A stretch of 64,000 bases of DNA. Source: Chiloscyllium plagiosum (lineage: Eukaryota). The position numbers were made by a program, and so were the translations under genes. The notes below the pieces were generated by a model. It made no database searches. It was given only the letters and a program-made list of their open reading frames with translations, and had not been told where the DNA came from. Below are positions 25,201 through 37,200 of the stretch, one piece after another (the stretch's first letter is position 1; the number at the start of each line of letters is the position of its first letter). The stretch lies in NCBI RefSeq assembly GCF_004010195.1, contig NC_057720.1, positions 19,769,269 to 19,833,268 of the forward strand, in the 5' to 3' direction.

Positions 25201-28200
25201 AAGCCAGTAACAGTAAATACTAAAGATTGCACATGACCTACAAACTTAGGTTAGCATTTGAACATTGAAAAGTGTTACACATCTTTAACAGAGATAGTTA
25301 AAAACCACACAACACCAGGTTATAGTCCAACAGGTTTAATTGGAAGCACACTAGCTTTTGTAGCACTGCTCCTTCATCAGGTGGTAGTGGAGGACTCAAT
25401 CCTAACACACAGAATTTATAGCAAAAATTTACAGTGTGATGTAACTGAAATTATACATTGAAAAATGGATAGTCTGTCTAGCCTTTCATCTGTTAGAATA
25501 TCGTGATAGTTACACTTCTTTCACGTGTAAATCACAAAACCTTTTTTTTTAAAAAGTTGCATTCTTGGGTTAGCTGTTAACAATGGTGATAGTTAGACAA
25601 TATGTTGAAGGTGTTAGCCCCCTGTGTTCTCTGACTATGCCATGATGTTTAGATTGATTCTAATCTAAAAAGTGAGATAACGGAGTTTTACATGAATTCA
25701 TGCAGTTTTTGAGCNNNNNNNNNNNNNNNNNNNNNNNNNNNNNNNNNNNNNNNNNNNNNNNNNNNNNNNNNNNNNNNNNNNNNNNNNNNNNNNNNNNNNN
25801 NNNNNNNNNNNNNNNNNNNNNNNNNNNNNNNNNNNNNNNNNNNNNNNNNNNNNNNNNNNNNNNNNNNNNNNNNNNNNNNNNNNNNNNNNNNNNNNNNNNN
25901 NNNNNNNNNNNNNNNNNNNNNNNNNNNNNNNNNNNNNNNNNNNNNNNNNNNNNNNNNNNNNNNNNNNNNNNNNNNNNNNNNNNNNNNNNNNNNNNNNNNN
26001 NNNNNNNNNNNNNNNNNNNNNNNNNNNNNNNNNNNNNNNNNNNNNNNNNNNNNNNNNNNNNNNNNNNNNNNNNNNNNNNNNNNNNNNNNNNNNNNNNNNN
26101 NNNNNNNNNNNNNNNNNNNNNNNNNNNNNNNNNNNNNNNNNNNNNNNNNNNNNNNNNNNNNNNNNNNNNNNNNNNNNNNNNNNNNNNNNNNNNNNNNNNN
26201 NNNNNNNNNNNNNNNNNNNNNNNNNNNNNNNNNNNNNNNNNNNNNNNNNNNNNNNNNNNNNNNNNNNNNNNNNNNNNNNNNNNNNNNNNNNNNNNNNNNN
26301 NNNNNNNNNNNNNNNNNNNNNNNNNNNNNNNNNNNNNNNNNNNNNNNNNNNNNNNNNNNNNNNNNNNNNNNNNNNNNNNNNNNNNNNNNNNNNNNNNNNN
26401 NNNNNNNNNNNNNNNNNNNNNNNNNNNNNNNNNNNNNNNNNNNNNNNNNNNNNNNNNNNNNNNNNNNNNNNNNNNNNNNNNNNNNNNNNNNNNNNNNNNN
26501 NNNNNNNNNNNNNNNNNNNNNNNNNNNNNNNNNNNNNNNNNNNNNNNNNNNACAGCTAACCCGAGAATGCAACTTTTAAAAAAAAAGGTTTTGTGATTTA
26601 CACATGAAAGAAGTGAAACTATCACTGTATTCTAACAGATGAAAGGCTTAACAGACAATCCATTTTTCAATGTATAATTTCAGTTACATCACACTGTAAA
26701 TTTTTGCTGTAAATTCTGTGTGTTAGGATTGAACCCTCCACTACCACTAGATGAAGGAGCGTCGCTCCGAAAGCTAGTGTGCTTCCAATTAAACCTGTTG
26801 GACTATAACCTGGTGTTGTGTGATTTTTAACTTTGTACACCTCAGTCCAACACCGGCATCTCCAAACCTTAACAGAGGTAGTTACACAGTTTAGATGAAA
26901 TTTATTTGTTATCAAAGGGAAACTAACTCTTACAACAAATGACTTTATTCTGATGGATGACTTGTTAACACAGTCAGCTATATAACATGCAACACTTTCT
27001 GCTTCTTTCTGCAGGAGTTAAGTTTGCATTATTATAAATCATATTCTTTTCTTATCTCCTGAGTATACTGACGACTAACACTAGCAGTGAGTCTTTGTTA
27101 TGGCCTCCTCCTGTCCCTATGTTTCTGGACATTAGTTTAATAGTTACTTTAATATGATTTTAAGGAAACTTGTACATTTATTTTTACCCAAACTGTTTTC
27201 CTGTTAGTCTCCCTGTCTCTGATTCTTTCTGCATCACTATCTCTTTGGCTTTTTATTTACATGGCATGGTGGCTCTGTGATTAGTGCTGGTCTCATAGCA
27301 CCAGAGACCTGGTTCAATTTTAGCCTCAGGTAACTGTCTGCATGGAGTTTGCACATTCCCACTGTGTGGGTTTAATCCCACAGTCAGTTGAAGGGCAATG
27401 GGAAATGCAGGGTTACAAAGATGAGATGGGTCTGGGTTGAATGCTCTTTGGAGAGTTGGTATGGACTTGATGGGCTGAAAGGCCTACTTTCACACTGTAG
27501 GGATTCAATAATTCGTATGCAGTGAACAATCATGCACTTTTATTGGGCACTTCTGATGTTACAACTGAGTAAACACTACGACTAGTATTTGATTGGCTCC
27601 AAATTGCTTTGGGATGTTTGGAGGTTGTGAGAGGCACTATATAAATGGAAATTCTTATTAACTTCCTTTTGCTTTATTTATAGCATGTATGTTTCTGCAT
27701 ATTTGTTGGGATTTTTCTCATTATAGTCTTCCAGCCAGATTTATTGGAAAAAAGGAAATACTTCATTTATTTTGGTCCATCTGCAGTTTGTGATCATATC
27801 TCACCATTCTCAAGTTTGCTTTCTTTGTTATCTTTTGATACAGAATCCAATCTGGCATATGTGCTAGTAAGGAATTAAGGAAATAGGGAATTTTCCACTC
27901 TTGTTTTCTAAGGCAGAAAACATGTGGTTCAGGAGTAAACAGTTTCACAATGGTTGGAATTGGTGCTGGTGTTTGATGTTTGTTGGATTTACAAGAGTGA
28001 GAATGACAAGCAAGAGCAACACAATGTGTTTCCAAGGTTCTGTCCTACGGCCTGATTAACAGCAGCTATTAATCTAGTTCAGTGAACTTCCACGTGTGTA
28101 ACTTGGAGGTTGAATGCCTGACTTTCCACAGTTGACATAACAATGGTTACTTAACAAATAATATACACGAAGTCTTAAGCAGAGGGTAGTGACAACTGAG

Positions 28201-31200
28201 GTATTTGGTTCAAATGAATTAAATTAAACCCCTCCTAATAACTCACAAGATAAATATTTCGCCTCTAACAGCAAAAATCTAACTTCCTTTCATTTTGCTT
28301 TTTGCTTTTCAGCTTACTTGCTCTTTTACTCTTCTGTTGAAGATGATAAAAAAAACAGGAAGAGAAGCGTAGGCCATTCACCCCCTTGAGCCTGCTCCCC
28401 CATTCAATAGGATCATGGTTGCTCCAACATTCTTCACATCCATTTTCCTGCCCTTTTCCCTGTGACCCTTGATTCCCCTACTGATCAAAAATCTCTTTCA
28501 GGCTGAAATATACACAAGAATTCTGCCCCCTCAGCTCTCTGTGGCAAGAAATTCTAAAGACTCCACAATCCACCTTTCTGTTTCATATAAAAACCGAAAG
28601 AACAGCAGATGTTGTAAATCAGAGACAAAAACAGAAGTTGCTGGAAAAACCCAGCAGCTCTGGCAGCATCTGTGAAGAGAAATTAGTTTCGGTGACTCTT
28701 CTGCAGAACTGTTCACCAGACCCGAAACATTAACTTTGACTTCTCTTCACAGATGCTACCAGACCTACTGGGTTTTTCCAGCAACAACTGTTTTTGTTTT
28801 TGTTTCTGTTTCATATGTTCCCTACCTCCCTTTGTTTTTAGTTTCAGGAACTGATTTGGAGTGGCCATTTACAGTATACGGTCACCAGAAAGCGAGATTC
28901 TATGTTAAGAAGCTCGTTAATTGTTTTCAATTCACAGGTAGGTATCATCCATGTTATTCTTGTGACCTTCAACTTGAGAAGGAATGTAGAAGAAGCTTAT
29001 AAACGTAACTTGTTCTTCTGGCTGATGATTATTTTGTTGTGGTACCAAAGGAATATTGGTTCTTACATTGTTGTTGTCTTTCCAGCTCCATTGTGACCTA
29101 AAAAGGAAGTGATCTGCCCTTCAAAGAAGTTAATGTTTAGTCCATCCACAGCTGGCTTCTGTCCCTCTGTAAAAACCTTCACTAGGTTCTGAATCGACAC
29201 TCCCAGAGTCAGATTTGATGGCTCCTTCTCGTAAAAGGGGTTTCCTGCCATTGCTGCTGTCACTGCCAATAGATAACAAGAAACGGACATCATAACTGCT
29301 TCAATATTTGGGATAGACAATTGGGAATGGGGGAAACTATTTCAACTGAAAATGTTACTGTTAAGATTGAAACATTACCTGGGTTGACCTTTTCGCTTTC
29401 TTGTTTCTCTTTTTCTTTCTCCTGCTTTTCCTTCTCCAGCCTCTCCTTTTCTTGTTTCTCTTTCTCCAGCCTCTCCTTTTCTTGTTTCTCTTTCTCCAGC
29501 CTCTCTTTTTCTTGTTTCTCTTTTTCCAGCCTCTCTTTCTCTTGCATTTCTTTCTCTTTCAGTTTACATATTTTTTGGTTGTCCTTTGGTTTGTCCTCAG
29601 CTGCCGGCTGCCTCACTGATTTCTCTGCCGCTTCTGTTGGTTTGCTTGCTTGTTCTCCAGGTTGCTCTGCTGCCTTCTCTTTTGGTTTGTCTTCTGTTTT
29701 CTCACTCGGTATGTCTGCTTTCTCTCCCTTCCCTTTCTCATCTTTTCCACTCTCTTTGACTTCCTTTTTGTCTTATCAATAAAAAAAATAGTAAAATATG
29801 ATTAATGCTTACTTTGGACCTTGAATATGAGAAGGTGGCTTACATTCAAAGGGTGGCTCATTGGTTAGCACTGCTGCTTCACAGTGCCTAGGACCTGGGT
29901 TCAATTCCAGCCTTGCGTGACTGTCTGCGTGGAGTTTGCACATTCTCCCCGTGTCTGCATGGGTTTCCTCCAGATGCTTCGGTTTCCTCCCACAGTCCAA
30001 AGATGTGCAGATTAGGTGAATTGGCCATGCTAAATTGCCCGTAGTGTTCAGGGATATGTGGGTTAGGTGCATTCGTCAGGGTAAATATAGGGTAGAGGAA
30101 TGAGTCTGGATGGGTTACTCTTCGGAGACTTGGTGTGGACTTGTGGGGCTGAAGGGCCTGTTTCCACACTGTAGGGATCCTATGAACTTATCCCTAGTTT
30201 ATCAGCATTTAAAAAGAACATTCTTCATTCAATATATATCCACAGGCAATTATTTCAAGCTAAATAGATGGAGCATGTTGATCATATTGTCAAATTTGTG
30301 TTAGTTTTTCCCAATTTTCTCCCTGTCTATTTTTAATACATGGTAGGGCACCTTGAGTGGGAGATCATTCAATGACATAAAGCATTTATCATCATCAATG
30401 TAGACACCACTGGATAAAGGGAGTAGGATACTGTAATATTTTTTGTATGTTGTATCCTTAGCTGGATCATTCAAATGTGATTATAATCAAGAGAAACTTT
30501 AATTTAGTTACGTACGTACTCTCTCGTGTACTAGTTAATGCATATCCTTGATAACAGTTAGTACAATGTTGTGGAATGTCTGCACTATTATATAACCACC
30601 CATCAGAATTTGGCAGTTTGCCACTGAAAAGGAATCACTTGAAAGATGATCTTAATGTACGGCATTAAAGCTGGCAGTATAAATGTAGTTAGCGGTGAGA
30701 CAACTTTCAACGCTTCAAACCAAATTTGTCATGAATCGAGACAGTTTGCCTCACCTTCTTTAAGTCTCGAATAGTCATGGGAAAAAGCTGACTACCTCGT
30801 CACTGTCAGACAGACGCTGCTGGGCAGTGTTTACGTGTTGAAGTCTGCTTTCACCAGCTCAGAAGTGAAGTGAGCTGGCAGTATAATCACAGGTTTCCGA
30901 TTCTGAGTATACTGAGATGCTCCTGTAAACTGTGCCTGCTTAATTACAGTATGGCAGAACTGGTAAAGCGTAGAAGCTTGACAATGTCAAAAATGTGACT
31001 TTGTTCACTCTGCTCCCTAATTTAGAAATGAACTCACCGTCTGTGGTAGGTTGTGATTTTTCAGCACCAAACCAATATGAGGACTGCAGTGGAAAATACC
31101 ATGGGGATGCTATTCCGTATTGGCCTACGGAAATGGGAAAGAACAACATAACAAAGTACAGTTACTGGGGTGAATGCTATTTCTGATTCATGATTTTGAC

Positions 31201-34200
31201 ATTACACAAGGAAGATGTTCACTCAATCCCCGATTACATTTGTATTTTTCCTAACAGTGTAGATACTTGCTGACCACTGCTCAGTGACCTAAATGGGTGA
31301 ATGTGCCCATGGTCTGAAGGCATGACCAAGCTTCAAAATCAAATAGTCTGACATCTACTATCAGGACTTACACTTGCTTTTCTTTTCATTCATTGGTGGG
31401 ATGAGGGAGTCACGGACAAGGTCAGCATTTATTGCCCATCCCTAATTGCCCAGAGGGCAGTTCTGAGTCAACCACATTGCTGTGGGTCTGGAGTCACATG
31501 TAGGCCATACCAGGTAAGTATGGCAGTTTCCTTCCCTCAAAAGGACATTAGTGAACCAGATGGGATTTTCTGATAATGGATTCATGGTCATCATTGAACT
31601 CTTAATTCTAGATTTTTTAGTGAATTCATATTCTATCATCTGCCATGGTGGGATTTAAACCAGAGTGCCTAGAACATTACCTGGGCCTCTGGATTACAGA
31701 GCAGCGATAATACCAATAGGTCATCACCTTCCCCTGTCTGGGTACCTGGCATACCCAGATTTCCTCTGCTGGCTATTAGGAGCCATATCTTGAACACATA
31801 CCACAGAGGAAGCTATTCAGCTTGTCCTTCCACTAACGCCTGTGGTGGAGGATCCACCTTACAATACCCAGGTAGTATGCAAGGTAGGACATCAATTTGA
31901 GAGAGATCATTTCTCAGTTCAAAGTTTCAAAAGGTGGATGGGTCAATTTATCAGAAATAGAATCTTGAAAAATAAGAAGCAACATAAGAATTAGGAGCTG
32001 GTGTAGGTCATTTAGTCATAGGGGTGAAGGTGAGGACTGCAGGAGATTAGAGTTAGATGTGGTGCTGGAAAAGCACAGCAGGTCAGGCAGCATTCGAGGA
32101 GCAGGAGAATCGACATTTCGGGCAAAAGACTGATGAAGGGCTTTTGCCCGAAATGTCAACTCTCCTGCCCCTCAGATGCTGCTTGACCTGCTGTGCTTTT
32201 CCAGCACCACACTCTTGACATTTAGTCATAAAGTTATAGAGATGTACAATACAGAAATAGACCATTTGCTCCAACTCGTCCATGCCAACCAGATCTCCTA
32301 CCCTATTCTAATCCCATTTGCCAGCACTTGGCCCATATCCCTCTAAAAACATGACAATATATACAATTCAATTCAATTCTATTCATATACCCATCCAGAT
32401 GCCTTTTAAATATTGCAATCATACTCACTTCCACCACTTCCGCTGGCAGCTCATTCCATACACGTACCATCCTCTGAGTGAAAGAATTGCCCCTTAGGTC
32501 ACTTGTATATCTTTCCTCTCTCACCCTAAACATATGTCCTCTAGTTCTGGACTCTCCCACCCTGGGAAAAGACCTTGTCTATTTATCTTATCCATGTCCT
32601 TCATGACTTTATAAACCTCTATAAGGTCACCCTTCAGCCTCCAACGGTCCAGGGAAAACAGCCCCAGCCTATTCAGCCTCTCCCTATAGCTCAAATCCTC
32701 CAACCCTGGCAATCTTTTCTGAACTCTTTCAAGTTTCACAATTTGGTCCTTCAATCCCACTCTGCAATGTTTGTAGTTAGCTCCATTTCTTGTGCAATTC
32801 CCATTTATTCTCTTATTACCCAAAAAAAACCAGCTCAGTTTTTATTTTTAAAAAATTCATTCATCAGGTGTAGGTATCACTTGCTCTGCCAGCATTGACT
32901 GTCCATCAACCACAATGCTCTGGTTCTGGAGTCATGTCTAGGTCAGACTGTATCAGGATGGCAGATTTCCTTCTCCAAAGGACTTTAGTATATCAGATGA
33001 GTTTTTACAATAAATCAACAGTTATCTTTAGACATGGTTCCTATTAGACTAGCTTTTGTTTAATTCCAGATATATTCATTAAAATCCAGTGATGAATGTC
33101 CAGTAGAAACATTGCTCAATATTGGAGATATATTCCCTAAGGAAGTGAATAAAGTAAATTTGAGTCAATAGATATTCCCCATCATTGCAATCAAGCTTCT
33201 GGACCTGGTAAGTGACTGTCGTTCCTTGTGCAATATAAATATAAGTTGTGAGGCCAATTGGGTAATATTTGTTCTAGACCATTGTTATAACAAAAACTTA
33301 AGGAAAGAAAATCTTTCAAGGATACTTTTTCTAGTTCATTCATTGTCAGCATACCTGGAAACACAGCATCAAGATACCAGGCAAGAATCCCATACAAAAA
33401 GGCATCAAGCAGCATCATCTGGATGGATAGCAGCAGATTATACCCATCTCCTTCTACTGGGCTGGCACGGATATTATCCCACTGCAGTCCTCGACCCTGC
33501 TCCTCATAACGGGATAGGTACTCTGTGCCAAAGCCAAATGCCACTGGAGATAACAAGCTCTGAAATTTTAAGAAGGAACCAGATGATTGGGTGCAACAAA
33601 ATTCACATCAACATCGAGCAATGCTACAAACTCGACAGAGAGAAGGCTTTTATTGTTTTTTTCTATTCTGGTAAATTATTTCACGGTACGGAATGCCTTT
33701 CAAGTTTTAAAAAATTCACTCATGGGCTGAGGATGTCGCTGGCTAGGCAGCATTCACTGCCCATCCCTAATTGTCCAAGGTTCAACCATATTGTTGTGGG
33801 TCAGGAATCACATGGAATCACATGGCCAGACCAGGTAAGGAAAACATTTCCTTCCCTAAATGTCATTAGTGAAACTGATGGGTTTTCCCCAACAATTGAC
33901 AATGAATTCATGGCCATCATTAGACTCTTAATTTGGTTTTCTTTTTTATTAAATTCAAATACCTACCATCTGCTGTGATGGGATTTGAACCTGGGTCCTC
34001 AGAACATTATCTGGGTCTCTGGCTTAATAGGCCATCACTTCCCTATAAATGCTATTGCTCTTTCTTCTGATCGTCCAGCAGTGAAGAAAGTTACAAGCTG
34101 CTACAAGTAGCACACTTTCAGCTACTCACACCAACGTTATCCGAATGCCAAGAACTGCAGCTATCCTCAGTGACGAAGAAAATGGATGTATGTCAAGCCT

Positions 34201-37200
34201 TGTATGACGTTCTGATGTCCCAATAAATTACATCTGAAATGGAGTTCCTGTTGTAACAGTAAGGTCCCACATCTATAAATGTGCCAATATCCAAATCTAC
34301 GGTTTCTTTGGTTGGTTGATGGATAAATGCTGGCCAGGACATCAGAGAGTCCTTTGAAATAATGCCATGCACACCTTTATGTAAAGCGGAGAGTGGACAA
34401 GGATATTGGTTTCATGTTTCAGGAAAGACAGCACTTCCAACTGAACACTCTGTTAGCTCTCTATGAGAATGTCAGCATGGGCTTTATCCTTTGGAGTGTG
34501 GCTTGAATGAACATCCTTTGGCCTTGGAAACTCTCATTGTTACAGGAACAAATTGCATTGTAAGGCAGTAAAATATCCTAAAGGACTTTCCATAAGTGAC
34601 ACACATTTGACACTAATTTACACAGGAGGCATTAGGACACATGACCAAAAGCTTTCACAAGGAGGTATACTTAAAGGAGTATCTTTTAAAGATGTAAAGA
34701 GAGATAGAGAGAAATTGTGGGAAGGGATTCCAGAGATGAAGGGTTTGGCAGCTGAAGACATAGCTACCAATGGAAATGTGCTAAAGGCCAGAAAGGAAGG
34801 AGTGCAGAGATCTGGATGCCTTGTACAATTGAAGGAGTTAAGAGAGATAGAAGGGGCAAGGTTTCACCTGGATTTGAAAATACAGATGAGAATTTTAAAA
34901 TTAATGCATTGCTGGACCAGGAACGAACATAGATCAACAGGAGCAATGGATAACAGGACATGGTGTTGGTCAGATCATGGGCAATTCCGAGTTTTAAATA
35001 ACCTCAAAAGGAGATGATAGGAGTTTGGCCAGACAAGTGTTGAAGTCTATGGATAAGACATGGTTAAAGGTTACAGCAGCAGATTCAGCTGCAACACAAG
35101 CATAGTCAGGTGATATAATAGGGATAAAAGTAGCATGAATGCGCATTCAGAAACTCATCATGGAATTAACCACATCACTAAAATTGTGAACCATCTGGTT
35201 CAGCCTCAGGTAATTACCAGGGAGAGGGTTGGAGTCAGTAACTTATGGAGCAGAGTCAGTTGTGCAGACTGAAGACAATAGCTTTAATCTTTCCAATATT
35301 TAGCTGTAGGAAACTTCTATTCATCCATGACCAGGTGTCAAATGCAGAATGTTAATCAATAGAGTTGTTTGAGGGGCTGAATGGGTGGCAGTGTTGAGGT
35401 GAATCTGGGTGTTAGCATCATACAGAAGAAAGCTGACTTGTTAAGGAGGATGTCACCAAGGGGCAGCATATCGGTGAGAGAAGAATAGATCCTTGGGGAC
35501 ACCAGAGGTAACAGTGTGAGAGCAGCAACCGACATCATTGTCTGTGATTCTCTGAATACCACTGGATAGCTAAGAATACTTGCAAGTAAAAACATCTTAT
35601 AATCATTACATACTTTATTTAGTAATGGTAGTGCTGGGATAGGTTAGACATGCATCTCTGGGACGTTTTCCAGATGCAAACGATCGCTCCTCAGTTGATT
35701 TAAAATTGTGCTCTCTCTCGTACATGTTTCATGGTCTGTGGCTAATATCTTTATGACAATGGAGAACATCTTCATATAGTAAAAATGACAGAAGTGATGG
35801 AAATCAGAAAATACTCCTTGTAAGTGGCACTTTTAATTATTTTGTGGGACCGGATGGTATCAGGCTAAAAGCATGTCAGAACTCTGCAGATAAATTTGGA
35901 TAGTTAGAAAATAACTGCCCTGGTAATTGAACTTAAGGGGATGGACCTGGGACATCTTTGGGATGGGGGGTGGTCAGATATCTATTAGGGGATTCAACTA
36001 CCTTTAAGAAAGCCCTGTACCTTTGACATTGTTAAAAAAAAAAGCATAGATGAATTTGGCCATGAAATGCACTAAACTCATTTGAACTTATAAGCTGTCA
36101 AAGACCTGTCAAACCAGTTTTACTCAGGTTGGGTTTGCAGAGCTGCAAAAATGTCCAATCTCTGCGCTCCCCAAAATTGGGCCATTTCTAGAAAGTCTTT
36201 GTTTGTGGGCCAATGAAATATTCAATGGGTTAAGCATTTGAAGCCGTCAAAACTTACCGCTGCCAATTTCATGTTTTTGGTCATACGGTCCTGCCAAGCA
36301 TAGCAGAGAATGTGAGGCAGGTACAGGGTGAAGTAAATGATCCCACTGCAAGCAGCTGCCAGATTGGCCTTGGAGAAGAAAACGCTCATCAGAAAACACT
36401 GCATAATAGTGGCCACGGTGAACACCAGGAGAAACACAAAAAGAAGGAAGGAGTTGCTGTAGTGAAGCACATTTCCTCTCTGTCATGGAGAAAAGATGCT
36501 CAATTAACATTATAGAGGATAATAGGTGAGTCATACAAACTCCTGTAATTTGTAATTATAAAGATCATAAAATTTACATAGTGTTTTAGTGTTTCCATCA
36601 GTAAATATTCAGAAGTGGCTAATGCCAAGTACCCTGATAATAGCACACATTACATAGCCTGATTTTCAGACACTTTAGATAAGCATACAGAGGATAGATG
36701 ATGAAATAAAGTTGAGATTAATGACATTAACGGAGCTAATTAAAATGAGGAGGAAAAATATATTACTAACTGCAGGTGAGAGGTCAGTTAGCTTAATTGG
36801 CTGGATGACTGATTTGTGATGCAGAGTGACACCAACAGTGTGGGTTTGATTCCTGCACCAGCTGAAGTTACTATGAAGGACTCTCCTTCTCTATCTCTCC
36901 CCTCACCTGAGGCGTAATGACCCTCAGGTTAAACTACTACCAGTTGTCACTCTCTAATGAGAGAGCAGCCCTGGTAACTTTTATTTGTAAGATAGTCAAC
37001 CTCTGCAGTTAATAATACTGTGGCCTGAAATAGTTATGAAAACAGAGATTTGGATCAATTTACCATTTTTTAGTTACTAATTTAGTTATTAAGCTATAAC
37101 AGATATGCCCATAATTTTATTCAACTCTCACCTATTGTTTCCATTACCAAGGAGTCCTTATTACCAATGTCCAATGAGCCCAGGTCATCAGAGGCAATGG

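Noticed and set aside
25660..26625. ~300-aa ORFs in three frames
   Set aside because: Artefacts of the N gap
29321..29782. Plus-strand Phe/Ser/Leu-rich ORFs
   Set aside because: Antisense shadow of the K/E-rich ABCA4 exon
33226..33978. 250-aa plus-strand ORF
   Set aside because: Antisense to exon 16 plus SINE sequence; no recognisable protein
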